Of a stretch of 64,000 nucleotides of DNA, positions 20,972 through 30,946 are shown piece after piece (the first letter of the stretch is position 1; every line of letters begins with the position of its first letter). The stretch lies in contig CACXMS010000003.1 in assembly GCA_902768795.1 (NCBI GenBank), positions 42,816 to 106,815 on the forward strand, in the 5' to 3' direction. A program made the translations under genes and the position numbers. The DNA is from an uncultured Eubacteriales bacterium (GTDB lineage: Bacteria; Bacillota; Clostridia; Christensenellales; CAG-138). The notes beneath the pieces were generated by a model. It was not told the origin of the DNA and searched no databases. It was given only the letters and a program-made list of their open reading frames with translations.

Positions 20972-22375
20972 TCAAGCACCATCCTTCCTTCGCTGAAAAT
21001 AGCGTTTCGTTTGCCGGATCACGCGCTTTTGCAGCAGCAGAAGCGCGATCAGGTTCGGAACGGCCATCAGCGCGTTCAGCACTTCCGCCGCCTTCCATAC
21101 GAATCCGGGTTCCGACAGCGCCGCCACGGGCAGCATCGCAAGAAACAGAACGCGATAAACTGCGGCAAAGCGCTTTCCAAACAAGTCTTCGGCACAGCGC
21201 GACCCGTAGAAAAGCCATGTGATGATGCTGGAAAAGGAGAAAAAGAGCAGCGTCAGCCCGAGCAATCCCGACGACAGGCGCGGAGAAAGCACCGTTTCCA
21301 GCGCGGCTTCGACACATTCCGCGCCGCACGGCGTTCCGTAAGGAATCCGATATCCGCCCGCGCCGGCCAACGATGGAAGCAGCAGAGCAAGCGCCGTCGA
21401 CGTGCAAACGATCATCGTCACAAAAAAGACCTCCGCAACGCCGAGAAAGCCCTCCCGGACCGGGGAATCCGCCGTTGCCGACACATGCGCGAGCGGCGCC
21501 GAACCGAGCCCCGCCTCGTTGGACAGCACCCCGCGCGAAAGTCCCTTTTCCAGCGCCTGTCTTATGCCGATCCCGGCCGCCGCGCCGACCGCCGACCGCG
21601 GGCAGAACGCCGCGCGAACGATCAGAGCCAGCGCCGCCGGAACACGGTCAATGAAACGGACAATGACTGTGCCGACGGTAAAAAGATACAGGATGCTCAT
21701 CACCGGCACGATCCGCTCCGCAACGCGGCCGACGCGCGCCGCCCCGCGCGACCATATCCCCACAAGCGCAGCGACAATAAGCCCCGCCGCAAGCGCAAGC
21801 ACGCGCGCCGCGCTTTCCGGGACCGTGCAGAATTTTGCCGTCGCAAAAAGCACGCTTTCGGCGATCGTATGCATCTGTACAAGATTTCCGATTCCAAACG
21901 ACGCCGCAACCGTGAAAACGCAGAAAGCCGCCGAAAGCGCCCTGCCGAACCGTCCGAACCGATCTCGCAGCGCAATCGCCGCGCCGCCGTGCCATTCGCC
22001 GGATGCGTCCTTCCCCCGCGTCAGCAGCGTCAATACGATCTCCGCATATTTTGTGGCCATCCCGAACAGCGCCGAAATCCACATCCAAAAGATCGCGCCC
22101 GGGCCGCCCAGCGCGATCGCGCCGGCGACGCCCGCGATATTCCCCGTCCCGATCGTTCCCGCAAGCGCCGTGCAAAGCGCCTGCTGCGGAGAAACGGCGC
22201 CGTCGCCGCTCCTCTTATCTTTCCGAAACAGCGCCAAGGTGATGCGGCCCGCGTATCGCACCGGAAAAACGCCGAGCCGGAAGAAAAAATAAATGCCGGT
22301 TCCGAGCAGCAGCAGAAGAATCGGCATATCCCATGAAATGCTCCCGAGAGCATCCGCGAATCGGATCCGTTCCAT
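20972..22375 (-). CDS. Sodium:alanine (AGCS family) symporter
   Basis: TIGTGNIAGV, GGPGAIFWMW, SNEAGLGS, PNLIAL. Confidence 0.92.
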   Translation of the reverse strand: MERIRFADALGSISWDMPILLLLLGTGIYFFFRLGVFPVRYAGRITLALFRKDKRSGDGAVSPQQALCTALAGTIGTGNIAGVAGAIALGGPGAIFWMWISALFGMATKYAEIVLTLLTRGKDASGEWHGGAAIALRDRFGRFGRALSAAFCVFTVAASFGIGNLVQMHTIAESVLFATAKFCTVPESAARVLALAAGLIVAALVGIWSRGAARVGRVAERIVPVMSILYLFTVGTVIVRFIDRVPAALALIVRAAFCPRSAVGAAAGIGIRQALEKGLSRGVLSNEAGLGSAPLAHVSATADSPVREGFLGVAEVFFVTMIVCTSTALALLLPSLAGAGGYRIPYGTPCGAECVEAALETVLSPRLSSGLLGLTLLFFSFSSIITWLFYGSRCAEDLFGKRFAAVYRVLFLAMLPVAALSEPGFVWKAAEVLNALMAVPNLIALLLLQKRVIRQTKRYFQRRKDGA

Positions 22376-22458
22376 ACGCAATCGTATGCGGCGGAGCGCT
22401 CCGTTTAGTACCGCGTTTTTTTCTTGCTATCGTACAAAAAACGAATTATACTGTATGC

Positions 22459-23196
22459 ATGAAATTCGATTTGCATTTTGTCGAAACGATTGATTCGACC
22501 AATACGGCGTTGAAAGCGCTCGCAAAAGACGGCGCCCCGGAAGGGTATGTTCTCACCGCCGAGCGCCAGACTTCGGGGCGCGGACGGCTCGGCCGCGCGT
22601 TCTTCTCGCCGGCGGGCAGCGGGCTTTATTCTTCTCTGCTGCTTCGTCCGAAAATGCCGATCCGGCCCGCCGCGCTGACATGCCTCGCCGCCGTCGCCGC
22701 CGCCGAAACCGTGCGTTCGTACGGAAAGGATTGCCGCATCAAGTGGGTCAATGATCTTTATCTCGACGGGAAAAAGGTCGCCGGAATTCTGACGGAAGGC
22801 GCGCTCGATCAAAGCGGCCAACTGCGGTATGCCATCGTCGGGATCGGATTCGATCTGAACGTTCCGAAAAACCTTCCCGCGTCGCTTGATCCGGTCGTCG
22901 GCGGGATCTTTGACCGGCCGCTTTCGGCTTCCGAGCGGGAAGCGTTTCTGCTCCGGTATCTCGAACGGTTTGCGGGCTATTACGAACGGCTTCCCGAAAT
23001 CGCTTTCTGGGAAGCGTATCGGAACCTGCAGATCGTTTTCGGAAGGCGCGTTGCATTTTCGGAAAACGGTACGCCAAAATCCGGCGTCGCCCAGTCCGTT
23101 GACCGGGATTTTCGGCTTTTGGTGTGCTCCGAAGGCGCGCTGATCCCGCTTGAGCGCGGCGAAGTTACCTTTATTGCGCCCCAAGAAGGCGACTGA
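22459..23196 (+). CDS. birA: Biotin--protein ligase (no HTH)
   Basis: DSTN, QTSGRGRLGR, KWVND, KVAGIL. Confidence 0.92.
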   Translation: MKFDLHFVETIDSTNTALKALAKDGAPEGYVLTAERQTSGRGRLGRAFFSPAGSGLYSSLLLRPKMPIRPAALTCLAAVAAAETVRSYGKDCRIKWVNDLYLDGKKVAGILTEGALDQSGQLRYAIVGIGFDLNVPKNLPASLDPVVGGIFDRPLSASEREAFLLRYLERFAGYYERLPEIAFWEAYRNLQIVFGRRVAFSENGTPKSGVAQSVDRDFRLLVCSEGALIPLERGEVTFIAPQEGD

Positions 23197-24520
23197 CCTC
23201 CGCCGTCGCTTCGGTACGGATCCTTTCTTCGTCCAATCCGCAAACGGCGCCGTCCTGCACGGTGCAGACGCCGTTCACAAACACGAGGTCGCAAGGACGG
23301 TGCAGACCGACTGTTCCGAACAGATTCATCGGATCGCCGTCGGCGCACACCAGATCGAGTCCCTTGCGAACGGCAAAAACGTCCGCCGCTTTTCCGACCT
23401 CGATCGTGCCGATGTCGTCGCGTCCGAGCACGCTTGCGCCGCCCGCCGTCGCGATTTTCAAAAGCTCATATCCCGTCGGCGCACGGTCGCCCCATTTCAG
23501 CCGATGCAGCAGGTACGCCGTCCGCAGTTCTTCGAGCAGGTTGCTCCCGTCGTTGCTTGCCGATCCGTCCACGCCGAGGCCGATCGTGATCCCCCGCTCC
23601 CGCATATCCGCAATCCGCATCACGCCGCTCGACAGCTTCATGTTGGAACACGGGCAATGCGCGATCTTTGTCCCCGTTTGAGCGATCCGATCCAGCTCGT
23701 CATCGTTAAAATGGATGCCGTGCGCGTAAAACACGTCGCTTCCGGTCCAGCCGACCGATTCCATATACGCAAACGGCCGGATCCCGAACCGTTCCAGGGT
23801 ATAGCGTTCCTCATCCTTCGTTTCGCAAAGATGCGTATGCAGCTGCACGCCGTACTGTCTCGCCAGCGCCGCGCTTTCGCGCAGCAGCGCCTCCGATACC
23901 GAAAACGGCGAGCACGGCGCCAGCACAATGCGCCGCATCGAAAACGGTGCCGGATCATGGTAGGTTTCGATGATCCGCGCGCTGTCGCGAAGGATTTCGT
24001 CAACGGACTGAACCACGCTGTCGGGCGGCAAACCGCCGTCCTTGACGGATAGATCCATGCTGCCGCGGGAAGCGTGCAGCCGGATTCCGAGCCGATTCGC
24101 CGCTTCGACCTGCGCGCCGATCAGATCTGCGGTGCCGGCGGGAAAGACATAATGATGATCGAAGCAGGTCGTGCAGCCATAGCGCATAAGCTCCGCCATG
24201 CCGCACAGCGAGCTCAGATAAACCGTGTTATCGTTCAGGTTTTTCCAGATCTCATACAGCGCCTTCAGCCAATCGAACAGCTCGAAATTCTGCACGGCGG
24301 CAAGGTTGCGCGTGAAATACTGATAGAGATGGTGATGCGTGTTCACAAGTCCCGGATAAACGAGCATTCCCGTGCAGTCATACGCCCGGTCCGGCGTTTT
24401 CTCCCACGCGCCGATATGCGCGATCACGCCGTCCGAAAACCAAAGATCGCAGTTGCGGTAGACGGAATCCGCTCCGTCGCATGAAACGATCGCGTCCGCA
24501 TGCTTCAGACATGTCAGCAT
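23171..24520 (-). CDS. Amidohydrolase, 8-oxoguanine deaminase-like
   Basis: NTHHHLYQ, DHHY, PCSPFS, HTHLCET, GVDGSASND. Confidence 0.88.
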   Translation of the reverse strand: MLTCLKHADAIVSCDGADSVYRNCDLWFSDGVIAHIGAWEKTPDRAYDCTGMLVYPGLVNTHHHLYQYFTRNLAAVQNFELFDWLKALYEIWKNLNDNTVYLSSLCGMAELMRYGCTTCFDHHYVFPAGTADLIGAQVEAANRLGIRLHASRGSMDLSVKDGGLPPDSVVQSVDEILRDSARIIETYHDPAPFSMRRIVLAPCSPFSVSEALLRESAALARQYGVQLHTHLCETKDEERYTLERFGIRPFAYMESVGWTGSDVFYAHGIHFNDDELDRIAQTGTKIAHCPCSNMKLSSGVMRIADMRERGITIGLGVDGSASNDGSNLLEELRTAYLLHRLKWGDRAPTGYELLKIATAGGASVLGRDDIGTIEVGKAADVFAVRKGLDLVCADGDPMNLFGTVGLHRPCDLVFVNGVCTVQDGAVCGLDEERIRTEATAEVSRLLGAQ

Positions 24521-24557
24521 CCTGCATTCCCCCTTTTTCTTCAGTTTAGCAAACTAC

Positions 24558-24586
24558 TTGAAAAATGTAAAGAATCCCTGTATAAT
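24558..24586 (+). promoter_or_regulatory. sigmaA promoter of ecf operon
   Basis: TTGAAA-17-TATAAT. Confidence 0.7.
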
Positions 24587-24615
24587 GATTTCGACTTTTG
24601 AGAGGACTTTGTGTT

Positions 24616-25434
24616 TTGATTCAATTCGATCATGTAACTTTTCAATATGAGGAATCTGTGCAAAAAGCGCTGGACGACGTTTCGCTCACGATTGAGGACG
24701 GATCGTTTGTCGCCGTAGTCGGACACAACGGCAGTGGAAAAAGCACGCTTGCCAAGCACATCAACGGGCTGCTGCTTCCGACTGCCGGAACCGTTTTGGT
24801 CAACGGTCTTTCGACCGCCGACGAAGCGAACATTCTTCCGATCCGGCAGACCGTCGGCATCGTATTTCAGAACCCCGACAATCAGATCGTCACCACCATT
24901 GTGGAGGAGGACGTTGCGTTCGGGCCGGAAAATCTCGGCGTTGAACCCGCCCTGATCCGCGAGCGCGTGGACGCTGCGCTCGATACCGTCGGCATGCGGG
25001 AATTTGCCGAGCGCGCCGTGCACACGCTTTCCGGCGGGCAAAAGCAGCGCATCGCAATCGCCGGAATGCTGGCGCTGCGTCCGCAGATCCTTGTGATGGA
25101 CGAAGCGACCGCTATGCTCGATCCGAAGGGGCGCGCGGATCTGATCCGCACCCTGAAGGAGCTGCACGACAGCGGACTCACCGTTCTGATGGTCACGCAA
25201 TACATGGAGGAGGTCACGGATTGTGACCGCGTCATTGTGATGAATCACGGCAGGATTGCAAGGGAAGGCACGCCGACGGAAATCTTCCGCGACAAGGCGC
25301 TGCTGAAGGAATGTTCCCTTGCCGAGCCGGAAGCGATCCGGCTTGCCGACCGTCTGCGCGGAATCGGCGTTCCGATCTCCGAGCAGGCCATGCGATCCGA
25401 GGCGATCGCGGAGGAATTATGTCCATTGTTGTAA
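24616..25434 (+). CDS. ecfA1: ECF transporter ATPase 1
   Basis: GHNGSGKS, FQNPDNQ, LSGGQKQR. Confidence 0.92.
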   Translation: MIQFDHVTFQYEESVQKALDDVSLTIEDGSFVAVVGHNGSGKSTLAKHINGLLLPTAGTVLVNGLSTADEANILPIRQTVGIVFQNPDNQIVTTIVEEDVAFGPENLGVEPALIRERVDAALDTVGMREFAERAVHTLSGGQKQRIAIAGMLALRPQILVMDEATAMLDPKGRADLIRTLKELHDSGLTVLMVTQYMEEVTDCDRVIVMNHGRIAREGTPTEIFRDKALLKECSLAEPEAIRLADRLRGIGVPISEQAMRSEAIAEELCPLL

Positions 25435-26267
25435 ACGATCTCTCCTATCGGTACGGCAATGCCGACAATTCGCAGTTCGCGCTCGAACACGTTTCTTTCA
25501 CCGTGGAGGAGGGCGCTTTTCTCGGCATCGCCGGACATACGGGCAGCGGAAAATCCACGCTGGTACAGCACCTGAACGGTCTGATTCCGTGTGAAAAAGG
25601 GCACGTCCTCATTGACGGGCACGATCTTTCCGACAAGGCCGAACGGCGGCTCGTGCGCTCGCTTGTCGGCATGGTGTTTCAATACCCCGAATACCAGCTC
25701 TTTGCGGAAACCGTTTACGACGACATTGCCTTCGGCCCGCGAAACATGAAGCTGCCCGAGGAAGAAATCAAAGCGCGCGTGCTTTACGCGCTGGAGCGCG
25801 TCGGGCTCGACCCCGATGCATTTTCGGGAAAATCGCCGTTCGAGCTGTCCGGCGGCGAAAAGCGGCGCGCCGCCCTCGCCGGCGTTCTGGCAATGCGGCC
25901 GAAATACCTCGTTCTCGATGAACCGATGGCCGGGCTCGATCCGATCGGCCGTCAGGCGATCCTGGCGATCCTCGAGGATCTGCGCCGCGAAGAAGGCTGC
26001 ACGATCCTGATGATCTCGCACTCGATGGAAGACCTTGCGCGCCACGCGACGCGGATGCTCGTGCTCGACGGCGGCAGAATCGCGTTTGACGATACGCCGA
26101 AGGCCGTTTTTATGCACGCCGAGGAACTGTTCCGGCTCGGTCTTTCCGTTCCGCAGATGACCTGCCTCGGAATGCTCCTGAAGCAGAACGGATTTGACGC
26201 GCCGACGGTCTTTAACGACGAACAGCCCCTGCTCGACTGGATCGAAGGGAGGATGCGCCATGCGTGA
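25419..26267 (+). CDS. ecfA2: ECF transporter ATPase 2
   Basis: GHTGSGKS, FQYPEYQLF, SPFELSGG. Confidence 0.92.
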   Translation: MSIVVNDLSYRYGNADNSQFALEHVSFTVEEGAFLGIAGHTGSGKSTLVQHLNGLIPCEKGHVLIDGHDLSDKAERRLVRSLVGMVFQYPEYQLFAETVYDDIAFGPRNMKLPEEEIKARVLYALERVGLDPDAFSGKSPFELSGGEKRRAALAGVLAMRPKYLVLDEPMAGLDPIGRQAILAILEDLRREEGCTILMISHSMEDLARHATRMLVLDGGRIAFDDTPKAVFMHAEELFRLGLSVPQMTCLGMLLKQNGFDAPTVFNDEQPLLDWIEGRMRHA

Positions 26268-27060
26268 CATCACCCTCGGTCAGTTTGTCGCCGGCAATTC
26301 GCTGCTGCACCAATGCGATCCGCGCACAAAGATCCTGATCATGATCGTTTACGTTGCGATGGTGTTCTTTGTCGAATCCATCCCGGCGTTTATTCTGCCG
26401 TTCGCGTTTCTTCTGCTGGCGCTGATTCTCTCAAAGATTCCGGTCAGCTATATTCTGAAATCGCTCAAGCCGATCCGGCTGCTGTTGGTCTTCATGTTCA
26501 TTCTGAACCTGTTTTTCACAACCGGCGAGCATGAAATCTTTCAAATCTGGATCTGGCGGCTCACATGGGAAGCGATCTACCAGTCCTTCTTCATCACGAT
26601 CCGCATCGCTCTGCTGGTAACGGGCGCTTCGCTTCTGACGCTGACGACGTCGCCGATCAAGCTAACCGACGGAATTGAACGGCTGATGAATCCGCTGCGC
26701 GTCATTCACTTCCCGGCGCACGAGCTTGCCATGATGATGACGATCGCGCTTCGGTTCATCCCGACGCTTATCGAGGAATCGGATAAAATCATGAAAGCGC
26801 AGCTTTCCCGCGGCGCCGATCTGGAATCCGGAAATCTGTTCGCGCGGGTGAAGAGCATGATCCCGATCCTGATCCCACTGTTCGTTTCGTCTTTTCGCAA
26901 AGCCGACGAGCTTGCGACCGCGATGGAATCGCGCTGCTACCACGGCGGCGAAGGGCGCACGCGGCTGCATTCTTTGAAATTCGGAAAACAGGATCTTTTT
27001 GCGGGGTTGATTACGCTTGCGTTTTTCGGCGCTACGCTTGCGGTTTTTATCATTTGGTGA
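26260..27060 (+). CDS. ecfT: ECF transporter transmembrane component T
   Basis: DPRTK, ALRFIPTL, AMESRCY. Confidence 0.93.
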   Translation: MRDITLGQFVAGNSLLHQCDPRTKILIMIVYVAMVFFVESIPAFILPFAFLLLALILSKIPVSYILKSLKPIRLLLVFMFILNLFFTTGEHEIFQIWIWRLTWEAIYQSFFITIRIALLVTGASLLTLTTSPIKLTDGIERLMNPLRVIHFPAHELAMMMTIALRFIPTLIEESDKIMKAQLSRGADLESGNLFARVKSMIPILIPLFVSSFRKADELATAMESRCYHGGEGRTRLHSLKFGKQDLFAGLITLAFFGATLAVFIIW

Positions 27061-27065
27061 AGCAG

Positions 27066-27839
27066 ATGCGACGGATTCGTCTGATAATTGCATACGATGG
27101 CACGGCGTACGTCGGCTGGCAAACGCAGCCGACCGGCGTTTCCGTGCAGGAAACCGTTGAGCGCGCGCTCCGCGAAGTCACAAAGCAGCCCATCGCGCTG
27201 CACGGATCGGGGCGAACCGACAGCGGCGTACACGCCCTCGCGCAGGTTGCACATTTCGATACCGACGCGCGCATGGCGGCGGACAAGTTTGCGATCGCCG
27301 TAAACATGCATCTGCCGCCCGACATCCGCGTGCTCTGGTCCGAAGAATGCGATCCCGGTTTTCACGCCCGTTTCTCCGCCAAAAAGAAGCAATATCTCTA
27401 TCGGATTCACATCGGCGCGCACGCGGACGTCTTTTCCCGCAATACCGCGCTGCAGCTCCATCACGTTCCCGATTTTGATGCGATGCAGTCGGCTGCCGCG
27501 GATGTGGTCGGAACGCACGACTTTCGGGCGTTCATGTCTTCCGGAACGAGCATGGAGAACACCGTTCGCACGGTGGAGCAGTCGGAATGGCGAAAGGAAG
27601 GCGCGTTTTGGATCTACACGGTTTCGGGAAACGGGTTCCTGTATAACATGGTCCGCATTCTGGTCGGAACGATGCTTGACATCGGCGAACACCGGCTCCC
27701 GGCCGACGCGATTCGAACCGCTTTGTCTTCCGCGAAGCGGACCGACGCCGGCCCGACAGCCCCGGCGCACGGACTGACGCTTGCCCGGGTCATCTATCCG
27801 GACTTTGACACCGAGGAGGTGCTGCGCCATGACCGATGA
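27066..27839 (+). CDS. truA: tRNA pseudouridine(38-40) synthase
   Basis: YDGT..GWQ, GRTDSGVHA, FLYNMVRI. Confidence 0.95.
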   Translation: MRRIRLIIAYDGTAYVGWQTQPTGVSVQETVERALREVTKQPIALHGSGRTDSGVHALAQVAHFDTDARMAADKFAIAVNMHLPPDIRVLWSEECDPGFHARFSAKKKQYLYRIHIGAHADVFSRNTALQLHHVPDFDAMQSAAADVVGTHDFRAFMSSGTSMENTVRTVEQSEWRKEGAFWIYTVSGNGFLYNMVRILVGTMLDIGEHRLPADAIRTALSSAKRTDAGPTAPAHGLTLARVIYPDFDTEEVLRHDR

Positions 27840-28272
27840 ACAGGGGATGCGGCTCGCGCTTACGGAAGCCGAAAAGGCGCTCGCCGAAAACGAGGTGCCT
27901 GTCGGTGCGGTCGTCGTTCAAAACGACCGCGTCATAGCAAAAGCGCACAATCTCTGCGTACAAAGCGGCGAGCCCTGGATGCACGCCGAGCTGATTGCTC
28001 TGAAAAGCGCCTACCGTGCGCTCGGATCCCTGGACGGCTGCACGCTGTACGTGACGCTTGAACCGTGCGCGATGTGCGCGGGAACGCTGCTGAACCTTCG
28101 TCTCCCCCGCCTTGTTTACGGCGCATTTGCGCCCGTGACGGGCTGCTGCGGCTCGAAAATCGACCTGACCGACCGTTGGTTTGACGCAAGCGCGGAGACG
28201 GTCGGCGGCGTTTTGGAAGCGGACTGTTCCGCACTCCTGCGCCGATTCTTTTCCGATTTACGCGGAATTTGA
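27829..28272 (+). CDS. tadA: tRNA adenosine deaminase
   Basis: EVPVGAV, HAE, TLEPCAMC. Confidence 0.85.
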   Translation: MTDEQGMRLALTEAEKALAENEVPVGAVVVQNDRVIAKAHNLCVQSGEPWMHAELIALKSAYRALGSLDGCTLYVTLEPCAMCAGTLLNLRLPRLVYGAFAPVTGCCGSKIDLTDRWFDASAETVGGVLEADCSALLRRFFSDLRGI

Positions 28273-28340
28273 GAAATGCCGCAAATTCGGACTTGCTTTT
28301 TTTGCCCGAATGCGTTATACTGCTTCTGCTGACCAAAAAT

Positions 28341-28429
28341 GGAGAGATGTCCGAGAGGTCGATGGTGCAGCACTCGAAATGCTGTGTCCCCTAAAGGGAC
28401 CCTGGGTTCGAATCCCAGTCTCTCCGCCA
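28341..28429 (+). tRNA. tRNA-Ser(CGA)
   Basis: Acceptor ggagaga/tctctcc, anticodon loop CTCGAAA, long variable arm gtccc/gggac, TTCGAAT, CCA; TTGCTT-17-TATACT promoter at 28293-28321. Confidence 0.96.
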
Positions 28430-28530
28430 TGAAAGAAGCCTCTTTTGTCTACCATGGCAAAAGAGGTTTTTTATGTTGGCAGAAATATGGTATAGTTATC
28501 CTTATCAAACGAAAGAAACGGAGGCAGGCC

Positions 28531-29262
28531 ATGATACTTTTTCTTACAGGCAATACTTTCACAGACAGACCGGGGTGCGACGACAAATCCGAAATGATCC
28601 CCGACAACCGTTTGATCGACGAATTGCGCAGTGTTTTTCCCGCTCCATGCCGTGCGCTTTACTTCAGCGACGGTCCCGACGACTTTGAGTTTAACGATTA
28701 TATTACCGACGATACCAGAGATGGCTTTGAGTATTCGGGATTTCAATTCGAGAGCTTTATCTGTGTGGACGGCAGGAACGCTTCTCAGGCAGAGGAGCTG
28801 ATCCGGCAGGCGAATTTCATCATTCTCGGTGGTGGGCACACGCCGTCGCAGAATTGTTTTTTCAAAGATATGGGGCTTGCTGATCTGTTGAAGTCCTATG
28901 ACGGCGTCATTTGGGCGATCAGCGCCGGAAGCATGAACTGCGCCGAAACCGTTTATGCCGCGCCCGAGGAGGATGGCGAGGCACTCGATCCCGATTATAA
29001 GAGATTTTTGACCGGTCTTGGTTTCACAAAGACTACGATCCTGCCCCATTATAATTATTGGAAAGACAAAACGCTGGATGGCCTCAACTATATCAACGAG
29101 ATAATACTGCCTGACAGTATAGGAAGGACTTTCTATTACATTGCGGACGGCAGTTACATACTGGTAAAAGACGGTATGGAGGAACTGCGGGGGGAAGCGT
29201 ACATCGTACGCAACGGTACGATCAAACAGATCTCGGCTAACGGTGATACCGTTTTGCTGTAA
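28531..29262 (+). CDS. Peptidase S51 / type 1 glutamine amidotransferase-like protein
   Basis: ILGGGH, ISAGSMN, GLG..ILPHY. Confidence 0.8.
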   Translation: MILFLTGNTFTDRPGCDDKSEMIPDNRLIDELRSVFPAPCRALYFSDGPDDFEFNDYITDDTRDGFEYSGFQFESFICVDGRNASQAEELIRQANFIILGGGHTPSQNCFFKDMGLADLLKSYDGVIWAISAGSMNCAETVYAAPEEDGEALDPDYKRFLTGLGFTKTTILPHYNYWKDKTLDGLNYINEIILPDSIGRTFYYIADGSYILVKDGMEELRGEAYIVRNGTIKQISANGDTVLL

Positions 29263-29383
29263 AACAGCTCCTGTTCGTCAAACTGTCCGCAGGAATGTGT
29301 TTTACGAGCTCTTTCTATGCCTTGGTGTTCTTTTGCGCGGTCTTACACAGCAAAAACGCTCCTTTTGTCTACCGGACAAAGGA

Positions 29384-29570
29384 GCGTTTTTGAATGATGT
29401 TTGCCCTGCCGGGCAAATGATGCTGCCTTCGGCAAGGATGTCGCTGCGCTGATGATGTGTCCTGCGGGACATGAAGGGCAAACATTGCATCATTGCGGCA
29501 CGAAGTGACGCGACATCATTTCGAAGCGCAGCGAAGATACAGCATTGCGACCATCGGGAGCAGCATCATT
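29384..29570. repeat. TGATG/CATCA multi-hairpin module 1
   Basis: Tandem short hairpins separated by TGATG, then mirror half with CATCA. Confidence 0.75.
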
Positions 29571-29603
29571 ATTCTTTCATCATAATAGGATAATCATCCG
29601 AAG

Positions 29604-29766
29604 GCGTTTTTGAATGATGTGTTCCGCTTGCGCGGAACGTGATGTATCCTTTGGATGTGAAGTGCGCTTTGCGCATGAAAAGCGGAACACATCATGCGCG
29701 GCGATCCGCATTCAGTTCGAAGCGAAGCGGAGAAACAGCATCAGCCGCCGAAGGCGGCGGCATCAT
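29604..29766. repeat. TGATG/CATCA multi-hairpin module 2
   Basis: Same 17-nt lead-in gcgtttttgaatgatgt and same layout with different stem sequences. Confidence 0.75.
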
Positions 29767-29872
29767 GGAAGTCCGCTTTTGTCTGCCGGAGCAAGAGAGG
29801 TTTTTGTTGTTATCACCGGCGGGATATGATATAATCATTCCGACAAATCGAGATATAAAGAGGGTATCTGAA

Positions 29873-30160
29873 TTGGAAAATGAAAAAACATATCGTTTTT
29901 CCGCGCAGTTATGTGTTGATCCGAAAAGCGGCGGGGCTTATATCGTTTTTCCTTTCGATATCCGAAAAGCGTTTGGAAAGGGACGAGTAAAAGTCCACGC
30001 AACATTTGACGGGGTGCCGTACGACGGCAGTATAGTCAATATGGGCGTTAAAGACGAGAACGGGAATATTTGCTACGTGATTGACGTTTTGAAATCCATA
30101 AGAAAACAACTCGGTAAATCAAACGGCGATATTCTTGAAGTACAGATTTGGGAGAGATAA
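29873..30160 (+). CDS. DUF1905-domain protein
   Basis: GGAYIVFPFD..FGKGRVKVHATFDGVPYDGSIVNMG. Confidence 0.8.
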   Translation: MENEKTYRFSAQLCVDPKSGGAYIVFPFDIRKAFGKGRVKVHATFDGVPYDGSIVNMGVKDENGNICYVIDVLKSIRKQLGKSNGDILEVQIWER

Positions 30161-30329
30161 TTGTCACACAGGGAAATGCCAAAACAGGTTCGACGATTCA
30201 GACACCGCCCCGTCTCTTGAGGAGCGCTTCGGCGCAAACAGCTCTTTTTTCCTGACAGCCGGAACTGCTTATATATGTCTGATACAGCAAAACCTTTTTC
30301 TGCCGAGACCGGAGTTTACGGAGGTATCG

Positions 30330-30776
30330 ATGGTAGAACTGAAAGCAATCACAGAGGAAAACTTTCTTGACGCATTTCATCTCTGTCTTGCGCCCGGACA
30401 GGAGGATTTCGTTTCTCACCCCATACGGAGTCTTGCACAGGCCTATGTTTACAGAGATCAATGTCAGCCGTTTGGAATCTATGCCGATGGGAAAATGGTC
30501 GGATATGTCATGGTGATCTATGACTACGACATCCCCGAGTATGACATCTGGCACATGATGATCGACCGGGCGGAGCAGGGACGCGGGTTCGGCAGCGAAG
30601 CTTTGAACCGCGTGATGGAGTATATCCGAACAAAGCCCTTCGGCGATTCGGACAGGGTTGCCCTGACCTGCGGCAAAAACAATCCCGTCGCCAGAAAGCT
30701 GTATGAAAGCAAGGGCTTTTCCCCCACCGGGAGCAGCACCGATGACGAGATAGAACTGGCGATGACGGTTCGGTAG
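30330..30776 (+). CDS. GNAT acetyltransferase (spermidine acetyltransferase-like)
   Basis: QGRGFG, NPVARKLYESKGF; GGAGG RBS. Confidence 0.88.
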   Translation: MVELKAITEENFLDAFHLCLAPGQEDFVSHPIRSLAQAYVYRDQCQPFGIYADGKMVGYVMVIYDYDIPEYDIWHMMIDRAEQGRGFGSEALNRVMEYIRTKPFGDSDRVALTCGKNNPVARKLYESKGFSPTGSSTDDEIELAMTVR

Positions 30777-30946
30777 CCAAATCCGGCTCGCCGGAAATGT
30801 CCCTTTGCGAGCAGCTTCTCTTTCGGCGGCACGGAAACCTTTTGCCCTCCGGGACAAAAAGATTCTTATTGAAAGGGACGACGGAATGTGATAGAATCGT
30901 CCCATAGAACCGTTTCACACGGCGCTGCGACGAGCCGAACAGAAAG

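Noticed and set aside
28339-28530. N-terminal extension of the S51 peptidase ORF
   Set aside because: Overlaps tRNA-Ser; the real start is the ATG at 28531 after GGAGG
29384-29766. Possible CRISPR array
   Set aside because: No constant-length identical repeats with unique spacers, and no cas genes
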